Positions 38,016-47,895 of a DNA stretch of 64,000 bases are shown in pieces. The notes below the pieces were generated by a model. That model was given only the letters and a program-made list of their open reading frames with translations. It ran no database searches and was not told the DNA's origin. A program made the position numbers and the translations under genes. How positions within the stretch are numbered: position 1 is the stretch's first letter; every line of letters begins with the position of its first letter. The stretch lies in assembly GCA_044224525.1 (NCBI GenBank), contig JBGAKI010000002.1:20846-84845 (forward strand), in the 5' to 3' direction. Source of the stretch: Polyangiales bacterium (lineage in GTDB: Bacteria > Myxococcota_A > Polyangia > Polyangiales > CBDCBC01).

Positions 38016-39799
38016 CTATTGCTCAGAAATTATGACTCTTACCGAGGTGGGGTCGTGGGGTTCGGGGCGCGCGCCGGTGGTGCGCACGAGACCAATGTTG
38101 AGGCCAAGTTGATCGATGAGCACTTTTTCGCCATATGAGACTTCGTGCCATGATCGCAGTATGTCGCCCTTGCGTAACCACGCCGGCGAAAGCAGGCCGT
38201 CGAATAAGAGATCGACGCGCCTGGGTTGAAAGCCAACGCCAAAACGTAAAGCGAGATCGTGCGCGCATGCTTCGTGTGCGGTTAAGTAGAGCGCGACGCC
38301 TTGTGTTCCAGCGTTGCCATCGGATGTTTCCCAGCGCGCGCGGTTCACCGATAAGCATCGTGTCAAGGGTTGGTCGCTCGCAAAGAACTGTTTAGCCTTC
38401 ACAAAATAACGAGCGGCATCACCCTTTCGGCCTGAGCGCCATTTGCGCAGCATGAGCCAAGGGCCAAAGCGGCGCGGCTCGCCATATTTTGGGCGCGCCA
38501 TCCAGTTGCGCACGTTGGGCTCTTCGTCCACGCGAATCAAGCCGTCGTCGTGTAAGAAGCGATCGCGATGACTGATATCGAGCACAATGATATGCCCGCC
38601 TTGATCGGGTGGGGGTTGGCGAAATGCTTCGACGCGTTCGGCCAAATGTGGCAGCAGTGCGTCGGGTGCTTGCAATGGCGTGTCAGGCCCAATCAGCGCC
38701 AAGAGAGCGCGCGATTGAACAGTTCGCGTGTCGGCGTGAAACATCGACCATTGGTAGTTTTTTGAGATGGGACTTGCGCCTTTGTAATAATGAAACGCAG
38801 CGAGTGATGATAGACAAGACACGATGAGCACGTTTCGCAGAGATGGCACGCGTTTTACGATGCGGCTTAACCCATCGATGCTTGCAAACATCAAGGGCGC
38901 GAGCGCAGGCGTAAGATAGTGTGAGCCTAGATCAAGCGTGCCAGGAAATTGCGAGAGTAGATTGATCGCAAGGATGGGCAAGGCGCAAACCATCCATTTT
39001 GGTGAAAGCCACGCCAAACCAAGCAGCGGCATTGTAATCAACGGCAGATAGGTAATGCGCTCTTTTGAAAACAGGTATGCGATCAGATCAAGCGGGTGCG
39101 TAACGACGTAAAACAACGCCTGACTGAAGGTTTTACCGAAGCGACCGAAATGCTGCTCCATCGAACCGCCCGGGGGTGCAAAGATCGGATGTAAGATCAG
39201 AACAAAGATCGCAAAGTAGATCAACGACACCTTGATAATGCGCTGCGCCACGCGCTCTTGCGCTGAATCGCCTTCGAGCCAAGCGATGGATGCTAAAAGT
39301 GATGTCATCAAGGCCAAGTCTTCGCGGCACATCAACACGCCGATGCAAGCGCGATAAAGCAGCTTTGCGTCTTTGCGATCGAGCGCCTCGAGCGCCCAGG
39401 CGAGCGGCAGAAGCGCGATCGTGCCGGGATGAAATTCGCTGGTCAACACCTCGGTGAGGTTGGGGTAAAGCACCCATGCGGCGCAAACCAGAAACGCGCC
39501 ACAGGCACGGTGCCAAAGATTGCGCCAAGCGCACCGAGTGGAATGAGGACGGGCGAAATGTGTAAACCCACAATGGGTGCATTAAGGATCGAGACCCACG
39601 GCACCAAATGCACCATGCCCCACGCCATGCGTGCGTAAAACGCAAGATCGAAGGTTTGGTTGTGCACCGTATGAAAGCGTGCGAACGCCATCCACAACCA
39701 AACGGGCACTGCTGCGGCTGGAAGCATCCAGCACAGCGCAATCAGTAATTTAGTGCGATGACGCGACGATGCGGCCGGTTCGGCGAATGAACCCGTCAT
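38016..39799 (-). pseudogene. DUF2079-like polytopic membrane protein split by a frameshift
   Basis: The N-terminal 118-aa ORF (39443..39799, FDLAFYARMAWG...GLHISPVLIPL) and the 485-aa ORF (38016..39473) overlap in different frames. Together they form one DUF2079-length protein. Frame analysis implies a single 1-nt indel near 39445-39530. Confidence 0.6.
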
Positions 39800-39806
39800 G
39801 GCAGGT

Positions 39807-40622
39807 TTAGTGAATGCCTTGACTCTCGAAATAACGAATGCCGGTTTCCACTGAACTCAGTAGCGATTCGTGCACAAGCTTGGCAACCTCGTTGGGTGAT
39901 TGCTTGAGCGCTTCGTAATAACGTTGACGCTCGGTAAAATGAATGATGATCGGCGGGTAGCCTTGGCGCAGCGCGATCAGGTTCATGATTAAGCGCGCCA
40001 CCTTTCCGCTGTGCTTGTTGAAGGGATAGATATACAAAAGCTCGGCATGCGCGCGAGACGCAAGGCGCAAGGGGTGCGTTGTGCGCTGGGTTTCGGGTGC
40101 GTTGATCCAGTCGATCAATAAGCGCATGCGATAGCCAATCTTGTCGGGCGGCGCGATGTCGTGAAAGTACAAGCGATGTAGCGGCATGTCTTTGCGATAT
40201 TTCACCGCTGCTTTGGTTGGCGCTTCGTCGGGCGCAAGGATGCAGTAAATCTGCTTGATGACTTCGAGGGTGATGGCTGCTTTCTTCTTGTCCGTCATCT
40301 CGCGCACAAGCGTGATCGCCTGCATTGACTGGCGGATCTCGTCATAAAGCGGTGCGAGCGCGGGATCGGTGGGCTCTTGTCCGCCGAGCGCGGCGTTGAG
40401 TTCGGGGGGATTGTAAACAACACCTTCGAGTGCGCTATCGTGATAGATCCACGATAACCGCAACCGTTCGTAGTACCCATCGAGAACCTCAGGACGCGCT
40501 TTAGCAATAAGTGCTTGTAAACGTCTGACCTTGTCGTCGGTGCTAACGAGTTGCGAGGTGTTATCCACTATCTCTCTTTGCCTCTTGCTGTTGTCGGTCT
40601 GGCCCGCAGCGTTTGGGATCAT
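39807..40622 (-). CDS. Fic-fold protein with a degenerate active-site motif
   Basis: HDSALEGV upstream motif. At the position of HPFx[DE]GNGRxxR the sequence reads YPFNKHSGKVAR, with the catalytic His replaced by Tyr. Confidence 0.8.
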   Translation of the reverse strand: MIPNAAGQTDNSKRQREIVDNTSQLVSTDDKVRRLQALIAKARPEVLDGYYERLRLSWIYHDSALEGVVYNPPELNAALGGQEPTDPALAPLYDEIRQSMQAITLVREMTDKKKAAITLEVIKQIYCILAPDEAPTKAAVKYRKDMPLHRLYFHDIAPPDKIGYRMRLLIDWINAPETQRTTHPLRLASRAHAELLYIYPFNKHSGKVARLIMNLIALRQGYPPIIIHFTERQRYYEALKQSPNEVAKLVHESLLSSVETGIRYFESQGIH

Positions 40623-40709
40623 AGTTAGCTCAATTCTGGGATGTTTATAGCATCCTCAAAAATGATCAGCAAGAATCAATAACGATTCTATCGTGTATTT
40701 GTCGTATAA

Positions 40710-42257
40710 TTACACAGCGTTAGGAATCTCGAGCGAAAATCTAGCGCCTCCCTGAGGGAGGTTCTCGCATGAAATTTGGCCTTGATGCTCAAGAATGATC
40801 TTCTTGACGATCGCTAGACCCAAGCCCATCCCGTCGGGTTTGGTGGTGACTTTAGCGTCAAAAACCTTGGTCAGTAGTTCAGGCGCGATGCCCGGACCCT
40901 GATCGTCAATCTCGATAACCGAATGTGAGGCCCCTTCGCGTAGGCGCACAGTGAGCGCGCCTTGTTGGTGCACTTTATTTTTGCTATCGGTCATCGCCTG
41001 CACGGCGTTACGAACGATGTTATCGAGCGCGCGGCGCAAAAGCAGCGGGTCGATGGACGCCGTCACGGCATGATCGGGTAATTCGAGATGAACCTGCGTT
41101 TGCCACGCTGCATCGTTGCGTTCGACATCGGCGCGCACCAAATCTTGCCAAGGCACTTCGCGAAGAAACGCTACGAGGTCGCCCTGTATAAGATGTGCTT
41201 CTGGTAGGCGTGCAAAGGCGCTGAAGCTTTCGACGAGCGCGCGCAGGCTTGAAATTTCTTCTTCGACCATGCTGCGCATGGTCGCCAAGCGTTCGCCATG
41301 TTTGGCGTCTGATCCATCGTAACTTTTAACGGTTTCTTGAACAGAAAGTTGAATGGGTGTGAGCGGGTTTTTGATCTCGTGGGCCAGATGCTGGGCAAAG
41401 TCTTGCCATGCGTTGACTTTTTGCAGGTAGTCGATACGCTCGCGCGAGCGTTTTAGGTCGTCGACCATTTGATTGAAGGCATGGGCAAGTTCGCCGATTT
41501 CGTCTTGTTGTGTGGTGGGCACGCGCACGTCGAGCTTTCCCGCACCAACCTGTCTGGATGCGTCCGCAAGACTCGACAACCTGCGCGTCAAGCGCCTTAC
41601 GCTGATGACGCCGATCGCCAACCCAAACGCGGTCACAAAGACGAGCATTAGTGTGTAGCTGACAAGGTAGATATTGGCGGCATATTCACGCTCGCGCGCG
41701 AGGTGCTGATACGTGTTGCTGACGTCGCTGATGCGCTTGTAGTTTTCAAAAAGTGTTTCGGGAAGAAAAAAGTGCAGCTGCGCCTGACAGTTGGAGCGCG
41801 TGGGCACGGGGCGCGTCACGATGAGTTCGCGCACATGCGTGGCGCGCAGCGCCTGGTCACGTTGTGCGCTTTCGATCGTTTGCCCAGACACGTTGATCGC
41901 AAGCCGATCAAGTTGAGGCAAAGTGCGAAAGGCCCGTTTTTGCAGGCTATCAAAAAGTTGTGAGCGAGTGTTTGAAGCGCGCGGTTCACACAAGGCGGGC
42001 GCAAGCCTAAAGCGCGCGAGTAGAAGATCACTTTGTAGTTCAAGTTGTGTTTTGGTCGTGACCAGGTAAGCGCGGTGGGTTTTGGCACTTTCGCGCAGGG
42101 CGCTCAATAAGCGCGGGTTAACGCCGACGTTATAGGCTTCGCGAAACACGCGGCGACTCAGCGACAGCACGCCGATCAAGGGCATGACGGCCACGATGAC
42201 GATGAGCACGGCCAGCTTGTGCTCAAAACGGCGCTTGACGACGGGTTTACATTCCAC
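40710..42257 (-). CDS. Sensor histidine kinase, NtrY-like (TM-HAMP-HisKA-HATPase)
   Basis: HAMP RRLTRRLSSLADASRQVGAGKLD, H-box HLAHEIKNPLTPIQLS, N/G boxes NIVRNAVQA and DDQGPGI...GMGLGLAIV. Confidence 0.9.
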   Translation of the reverse strand: MECKPVVKRRFEHKLAVLIVIVAVMPLIGVLSLSRRVFREAYNVGVNPRLLSALRESAKTHRAYLVTTKTQLELQSDLLLARFRLAPALCEPRASNTRSQLFDSLQKRAFRTLPQLDRLAINVSGQTIESAQRDQALRATHVRELIVTRPVPTRSNCQAQLHFFLPETLFENYKRISDVSNTYQHLAREREYAANIYLVSYTLMLVFVTAFGLAIGVISVRRLTRRLSSLADASRQVGAGKLDVRVPTTQQDEIGELAHAFNQMVDDLKRSRERIDYLQKVNAWQDFAQHLAHEIKNPLTPIQLSVQETVKSYDGSDAKHGERLATMRSMVEEEISSLRALVESFSAFARLPEAHLIQGDLVAFLREVPWQDLVRADVERNDAAWQTQVHLELPDHAVTASIDPLLLRRALDNIVRNAVQAMTDSKNKVHQQGALTVRLREGASHSVIEIDDQGPGIAPELLTKVFDAKVTTKPDGMGLGLAIVKKIILEHQGQISCENLPQGGARFSLEIPNAV

Positions 42258-42951
42258 GTTCGACCTGCCTGACCGATGAAGTGGTCTTTTGGGTCAATAC
42301 GGGCGGCACGATCAGCACTTGGCTATTAAATTCAAGATGGCGCTCTGATTTGGAAAGATGGCGCGACAGAAAAAAGCCAACCATCGAACCCAAAAGCGAT
42401 TTGTCGCTGTCGCGTTGCGCGTAGTTGCCTTTTGCAAGCCACTGCTGAATGCGTGCGCGTGCTTGCTCGCTTGTAGGATTAAAGTCGACCTCCACGCGAA
42501 ACAAAAAAGGCTCATCGCCGAGCTCAAGATAGGTTTCGCGCGAACCTACGCTCATGTGGCTGACATCAAAGCACGGCAAGATTTTGTTCTTGAGCGAGTT
42601 GAGCGCCAGCACTTGCCACCCGGCGGCCACACGATATTCGACGCGGTAATGGTTGGCCCATAGATCATATGTGTAGCGGCAAACCAGTGGCGTAAAGGCC
42701 AGGGTCTTTTTGCCACGCTCGCGCACCACGTATACGCGTGTGATCACCGTTTGTGGCAAGCCGCTTTGCAGCTTTTCGATGACGTCGCGCGTAAGCATGT
42801 CGCGTGCGCCAAACGACACGGCGGGAACGCTTGCTTTCCAGTTTGCGCCGACGCGCCGTGTTTTGGTCTCGGCACGCGCATCGCGCGCGAACAACGCCAC
42901 GAAAAGAGCGACCAGCGTCGCAAAAAAAGCTGAACAGCTGCGGCTTACCAT
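42247..42951 (-). CDS. Secreted hypothetical protein (DUF4390-like)
   Basis: Signal peptide. Position immediately upstream of, and overlapping, an NtrY-like kinase, plus the pattern TRVYVVRER...YTYDLWANHYRV, resemble DUF4390. The assignment is weak. Confidence 0.45.
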   Translation of the reverse strand: MVSRSCSAFFATLVALFVALFARDARAETKTRRVGANWKASVPAVSFGARDMLTRDVIEKLQSGLPQTVITRVYVVRERGKKTLAFTPLVCRYTYDLWANHYRVEYRVAAGWQVLALNSLKNKILPCFDVSHMSVGSRETYLELGDEPFLFRVEVDFNPTSEQARARIQQWLAKGNYAQRDSDKSLLGSMVGFFLSRHLSKSERHLEFNSQVLIVPPVLTQKTTSSVRQVERGM

Positions 42952-44507
42952 CGCACAAACCCAAAAAGCGTCGACAGACCCAGACGAAACACGCCGATAT
43001 CGGTATCGATGACCGCGCCGATATCGAAGGTCAGGCCAAGGGGAATGGCTTCAAACCCCGTATAGCCCGGAATGCCCGTGCGAATGTGTTGCATGCTGCC
43101 AAGGCTAAACAGCCCCGCCCCTAGATACGCGTCAACACCATAGATGCCATGTTCACCTCGATGCAGCGCCACTGCATATTCGGTGTCGAGACGTGCTGCA
43201 AGGTTTTCTTGACGCATCTCGCCAATCGACGTGCCAAGAATGTTCGGCGGCGCGCGGCGGTCTAAGTTTAGACCCAGCATGCGCGCGGGGATCAACTCGG
43301 TTAAGTCGGCGGGATAGAACTTGTAAAAGAAGGGCGCACGGCCGACGATGGCGCCCGCGAATGCGCCAACACGTAGCACGTGTTTGCTTGCAAGAGGGAA
43401 CCACTTGCGCAGGCTTGCTTGATATTTTGAAAAACCATATCCGCTGCCGATGATGATGCTGCTTAGATCGGCGTCGCCTGTTACGAGCCAACCGCGCCGC
43501 GTGAACACAGCGGCGTCGCGTGTGTCGTAGCTCAAGCCAAGGTTGAGCATCGAAACATGACTCATGCCGTCGTCGATTGAAAAGTCGATTGGCACCGTGC
43601 GCGTGCCGAGCTTTTCGCTTGCGGCGTCGGGTTTGGCGTAAACGTCGACCATCTCGAAGCGCCAACCGAGTTTGAGTGCGAACGATTGACCAAAATAGCG
43701 ACGCGCTTCAGTACCAAGGCCATAACGGCGATAGAGCACAACAGCGTTTTTGGCGAGCACCGATTCAGGGCAATCGGCTTGCGTTGTGCCGGCGGGGCAA
43801 CGAATGCTGACTTTGGTGTCGTCGTCGCCAAAAAAATCGCGCGCGTTATTAAAAAATAGAAAGCTGCGAAGCGCGGTGCCTTTACCGAGCACGCCAGGTT
43901 GATCGATCTCAAGGCGCACACCTTGCTGCGGCGAAGACACCACGGTTGCAAGTGAAAGTGCGGTGCCCGAACCGAGAAAGTTTCCTTCGAGTGCCTCGAT
44001 GCCTAAATAGGGCACGAGATCAGGATGCACGTCGGCGGTATTTTTGACGCCTTCGGACACGCCGAGTGCGACACGTTTAATGACAATCGTGTTGCGCTCT
44101 TTCACGCGCACCACTAAACGCACCGAGCCTGGCTTTTTGCCGCGTTTGAGCGCGAGCTGGACATCGCGAAACCAGCCTGTGCCAAGTAAACGCCAGCGCA
44201 GCTCTTCAAAACGCGGGTCGTCGACGTCAACCGTGGCGCCTGGTTCTAGATCGATGAGATCGACCAAGGTCGATTTGCGTGTCTTGCTGTTGCCTTCGAC
44301 GTCAACTCCTTCGAGGCGATAACGAATGATCGTTGCATCGCCGGGCGTTTGGCTAACCTGCGTGAACACCGGCGCGTCCGGTGGCGCCTCTTGGGCTCGC
44401 GCAAGGTTCGCTGCCCATGGCAACAGGGTGCAGACACCGAGCGGCGCCAAGCAAGCCACGATGAACCTGTTAAATGGGTGCTTTTTCTGACACAACCTTG
44501 CCGGCAC
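42945..44507 (-). CDS. Omp85/BamA-family outer-membrane protein (short, few POTRA domains)
   Basis: Signal peptide, POTRA-like RYRLEGVDVEGNSKTRKSTLVDLIDLEPG, a beta-strand-rich C-part, and a terminal aromatic (…FGFVRW). Confidence 0.7.
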   Translation of the reverse strand: MPARLCQKKHPFNRFIVACLAPLGVCTLLPWAANLARAQEAPPDAPVFTQVSQTPGDATIIRYRLEGVDVEGNSKTRKSTLVDLIDLEPGATVDVDDPRFEELRWRLLGTGWFRDVQLALKRGKKPGSVRLVVRVKERNTIVIKRVALGVSEGVKNTADVHPDLVPYLGIEALEGNFLGSGTALSLATVVSSPQQGVRLEIDQPGVLGKGTALRSFLFFNNARDFFGDDDTKVSIRCPAGTTQADCPESVLAKNAVVLYRRYGLGTEARRYFGQSFALKLGWRFEMVDVYAKPDAASEKLGTRTVPIDFSIDDGMSHVSMLNLGLSYDTRDAAVFTRRGWLVTGDADLSSIIIGSGYGFSKYQASLRKWFPLASKHVLRVGAFAGAIVGRAPFFYKFYPADLTELIPARMLGLNLDRRAPPNILGTSIGEMRQENLAARLDTEYAVALHRGEHGIYGVDAYLGAGLFSLGSMQHIRTGIPGYTGFEAIPLGLTFDIGAVIDTDIGVFRLGLSTLFGFVRW

Positions 44508-44559
44508 AGCCTAGACTATCGTACTCGGGCGGTCTTAGCCAGGCGGCCCTTATTGGAAT

Positions 44560-44705
44560 AACCGAGTGGGCACACTGAGTTCAGGAGGGCCAAACCCGCT
44601 CACTGGCCGGCGCGCCGCAGCGCGACGCGGAATAGCGCTAAGCCTTCGGCTCCGCGAATCGTTTGCCACGGTTTGCCCTGCCGAGCTCGATGTGCCCGCT
44701 CGGTT
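44560..44705. repeat. ~145-bp long-hairpin intergenic repeat, copy 2 (divergent arms)
   Basis: Arms aaccgagtgggcacactgag.. / ..ctcgatgtgcccgctcggtt. The core shares gctcac...cgc.gcgcgacg...agcgct..gccttcggctccgcgaatcgtt with copies 1 and 3. Followed by T7. Confidence 0.8.
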
Positions 44706-44708
44706 TTT

Positions 44709-46079
44709 TTATGGGAAGATACCGCGCTCGTTATAAACGGCGCCGATCGACTGCAAGGCCAGTGCATATGCGGCAAGACGCATGCTGCATTTTTTGTCGC
44801 GGGAGAAGTCACGCACGCGGCGATAGTTTTCGAGCATGTTCTTCTCGAGGCGCGTTTCGACTTCTTCGGCGTCCCAGGTTTCGCTGCGCTTGTTTTGCAC
44901 CCATTCGTAATAGCTCACTGTCACGCCGCCCGAGTTTGCCAGAATGTCGGGGATGACGTCGATGCCACGTTCAAGTAGAATCTTTTCGCCATCGGGCGTC
45001 ACGGGGCCATTGGCGCCTTCTGCAATCAAACGAACCTTGAGCACCTTGGCCTCTTCCGTGCCAACTTGGTTTTCCAGCGCGGCCGGTATAAAAATGTCGG
45101 CCTTGGTCGCAAAGAACTCCTCGCGCGTGATCTTGTCGCCAAAACCATATCCGTCGATCGAGCCGTTCTTTTTAACGTGTTCGCTAAGTTTATGTGCGTT
45201 CAAACCTTCGCCGCTTGCCAAGTAACCGGTGTGATCGCCCACAGCGACGACTGACACACCCAGCTTGGCAAGTAAAAGCGCAGCGTGCGAACCCACGTTA
45301 CCAAAACCTTGGATGATCGCGGTCTTGCCCTCGAGGTCGAACTTGTTGTCTTTGGCCCATTCGAGCACGCAGTGCACCAAGCCTTGGCTGGTGGCTTTTT
45401 CGCGACCACGCGAACCGCCCGACGACAAGGTTTTGCCGGTGACCACGCGACGGTTGGCTTGCTTTTCAACATGGCCGACGGTGTTCATGTAGGTGTCCAT
45501 GATCCACACCATCGTTTGCGCGTTGGTGCCAACATCGGGCGCGGGGATGTCGTATTCGGGGCCAATGTTTGAGCCGAGCGCGTGGGTGAAGCGGCGTGTC
45601 AAACGCATGAGCTCGTTTTGCGACAGTGAGCGCGGGTTTACCTTAATGCCTCCCTTACCGCCACCAAAAGGGATCTGCATGAGCGCACACTTCCAGGTCA
45701 TCATCGAGGCAAGCGCTTTGACGTCGTCGAGCGTGACCGTCTCGTGATAACGCAGGCCCCCTTTGAATGGCCCGAGCAAGTTGCTGTGTTGGACACGGTA
45801 ACCTTTGAACATGCGCAGCTCGCCGTTGTCCATGCGCACGGGGAAATGCACCATGATCTCGTTTTTCGGTTGCGATAGAATCGCCGCCACTTCGCTCGAC
45901 AAGTTGATCAGCTTTGCAGCTTGGTCGAGATAACCTTGAATCGCCGAGAAAAATGGGTTCTCTTCTTTTTTGGGTTGCTGGTCCATGATCTGACTCCCTG
46001 CGTTGTCGTTGCCTTGGCTGTGCTTCGCCGATGCTTTGGGGTGCTGACTTTTGTGTGCGGTTGGTTTAACGGTGCTCAC
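44709..46079 (-). CDS. gdhA: Glutamate dehydrogenase
   Basis: Glu/Leu/Phe/Val dehydrogenase signature IPFGGGKGGI and NAD(P) fold IQGFGNVGSHAA. The true start may be the internal MDQQPKK (45986). Confidence 0.93.
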   Translation of the reverse strand: MSTVKPTAHKSQHPKASAKHSQGNDNAGSQIMDQQPKKEENPFFSAIQGYLDQAAKLINLSSEVAAILSQPKNEIMVHFPVRMDNGELRMFKGYRVQHSNLLGPFKGGLRYHETVTLDDVKALASMMTWKCALMQIPFGGGKGGIKVNPRSLSQNELMRLTRRFTHALGSNIGPEYDIPAPDVGTNAQTMVWIMDTYMNTVGHVEKQANRRVVTGKTLSSGGSRGREKATSQGLVHCVLEWAKDNKFDLEGKTAIIQGFGNVGSHAALLLAKLGVSVVAVGDHTGYLASGEGLNAHKLSEHVKKNGSIDGYGFGDKITREEFFATKADIFIPAALENQVGTEEAKVLKVRLIAEGANGPVTPDGEKILLERGIDVIPDILANSGGVTVSYYEWVQNKRSETWDAEEVETRLEKNMLENYRRVRDFSRDKKCSMRLAAYALALQSIGAVYNERGIFP

Positions 46080-46118
46080 GGGTATTTCCTTATGATTATT
46101 TTAAGTAGGTTGTTGATT

Positions 46119-46937
46119 TTAGCGCAGGTGCCCGGCGTAGAGCCAAAGAGCGACCGAGCTAAATAAGAACGAGTCGACCCTATCAAACATGCCGCCGTGC
46201 CCGGGCAGAATGGCGCCGCTGTCTTTTTGCCCAGCGACACGTTTAATTAATGATTCTGAGAGGTCACCCAGTTGGCCAAGCATGCCGACAAAGATGCCTA
46301 TCGCTGCCACCTCAATCCAAGTTAGCGCGGGTAGATACCATAACTTGGCAACGCATGCAGCAAACAAACTGCCAAAAAGCCCGGCGATTGAACCCTCGAT
46401 GGTTTTGGAGGGCGAGACCTGGGGCGCAAGCGGATGTTTACCCAATCGTTTGCCGGCAAAATATGCGGCCGAATCGGCAACCCAAGCAAGGGTCAAGCTG
46501 AGCATGACCCAACCGGCACCCAAAGGCAGCTGATGCATGTCGATGATCGCGCGACACGATAGATAGATAAAAAGTGGGCCAAGGCCAAGCCATGCATAGC
46601 CCTTGGGACTCTCGAGCACTTCGCTTGGTCGTGCCAAACCTAAAAGCAGCGCCCCAAAAATGACGAGCATCGATTCGATTTCGCTGGCCAAGGCCGGCAC
46701 GTGTTTTGGCAACCAGGCATGCGCGGCGAATAAAGCCACGGGCGTGATGATCGTCCAACTGCGAAAGATGGCGCCTTTAAACATCATCGCCGCGAACTCG
46801 ATCGCGCTGAGCACGCAGATTGAGAATATCAAACATTGAAATGCAAGCTCGGGCGCAAACCAAATGAACCAGTAGATGACTGGAATGGCGATGGCCGCGG
46901 TCAACAAACGCAGCATGAGGTTGGTGTCCAGACGCAT
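46119..46937 (-). CDS. cdsA: Phosphatidate cytidylyltransferase
   Basis: C-terminal signature SLIKRVAGQKDSGAILPGHGGMFDRVDS; polytopic membrane protein. Confidence 0.9.
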   Translation of the reverse strand: MRLDTNLMLRLLTAAIAIPVIYWFIWFAPELAFQCLIFSICVLSAIEFAAMMFKGAIFRSWTIITPVALFAAHAWLPKHVPALASEIESMLVIFGALLLGLARPSEVLESPKGYAWLGLGPLFIYLSCRAIIDMHQLPLGAGWVMLSLTLAWVADSAAYFAGKRLGKHPLAPQVSPSKTIEGSIAGLFGSLFAACVAKLWYLPALTWIEVAAIGIFVGMLGQLGDLSESLIKRVAGQKDSGAILPGHGGMFDRVDSFLFSSVALWLYAGHLR

Positions 46938-47777
46938 CTAAACAGCCCGAAGCATGGTAGGTTGCTCGATGCGTTTAGCAGACGCCGATGCGTCCACCGC
47001 TCGCTCGCGTGTTTTGTCTTTTTCGCGCGAATCGTGCTCCGCAACAAAGCTTTCATCGGAAATCACTTTACCAAAGCGGCGCTCGCGGCGCTGATATTCA
47101 GCGATTGCTTCAAAGAGATCGGCGTCACGAAAATCAGGCCACATTTTATCGCTAAAATAAAGTTCGGCGTAGGCGCTGCCCCACAATAAAAAGTTACTGA
47201 TGCGCTGCTCGCCGCCGGTGCGAATCATTAGGTCGACAGGGCCCACGTCCATCGAGGGCAATCGCGAGGTTAGCGCTTGCTCGGTGATGTCGTGCGTGTT
47301 GATCGATCCATTGGCAACTTGTTCGGCAAGCGCTTTGGCGGCGTCGACAATTTCTTCGCGCCCGCCATACGAAAGCGCGAGCGTTAACGTCAGCCCGGTG
47401 CCAGCCGCTGTGGCCTGCGCGACATCATCGACGAGCGCGCGAACGAAACGCGGGAGCAGGTCGAGTCTGCCGATCGCGCGAAAGCGAATTTGACGTTGAA
47501 TCATTTCTTCGCGCTCGCTGCTAAGAAACTCTTCGAGCAGGGCCATCAGCGCTTCGATTTCGCTGCTGGGGCGCGCCCAGTTTTGTGCGCTAAAAGCAAA
47601 GAGCGTGAGCGCGTTGATGCCGAGTTTGCGGCACGCTGTCACGGTGGTGCGCACGGTTTTGCTGCCGGCGCGATGACCCTCGGTGCGGGGCCGATGTTGC
47701 AGGTTGGCCCAACGGCCATTGCCGTCCATGACGATAGCGATGTGTCGCGGCAGGGCGGTTAACCTAACCAAAGCCAT
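46938..47777 (-). CDS. uppS: Undecaprenyl diphosphate synthase, with about 40 extra charged C-terminal residues
   Basis: HIAIVMDGNGRWA, FAFSAQNW and RISNFLLWGSAYAELYF motifs. Confidence 0.93.
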   Translation of the reverse strand: MALVRLTALPRHIAIVMDGNGRWANLQHRPRTEGHRAGSKTVRTTVTACRKLGINALTLFAFSAQNWARPSSEIEALMALLEEFLSSEREEMIQRQIRFRAIGRLDLLPRFVRALVDDVAQATAAGTGLTLTLALSYGGREEIVDAAKALAEQVANGSINTHDITEQALTSRLPSMDVGPVDLMIRTGGEQRISNFLLWGSAYAELYFSDKMWPDFRDADLFEAIAEYQRRERRFGKVISDESFVAEHDSREKDKTRERAVDASASAKRIEQPTMLRAV

Positions 47778-47895
47778 CTGTCGCGGTTACCACGTTCGCG
47801 CCTTTATATCAAGGCAGCGGCGCGCTTTAAGAGGCATTGCATTTGCTAGTAAAGAGGCTTATCGATAGTCGAGGAGACTAATCAGTTACAACAAC

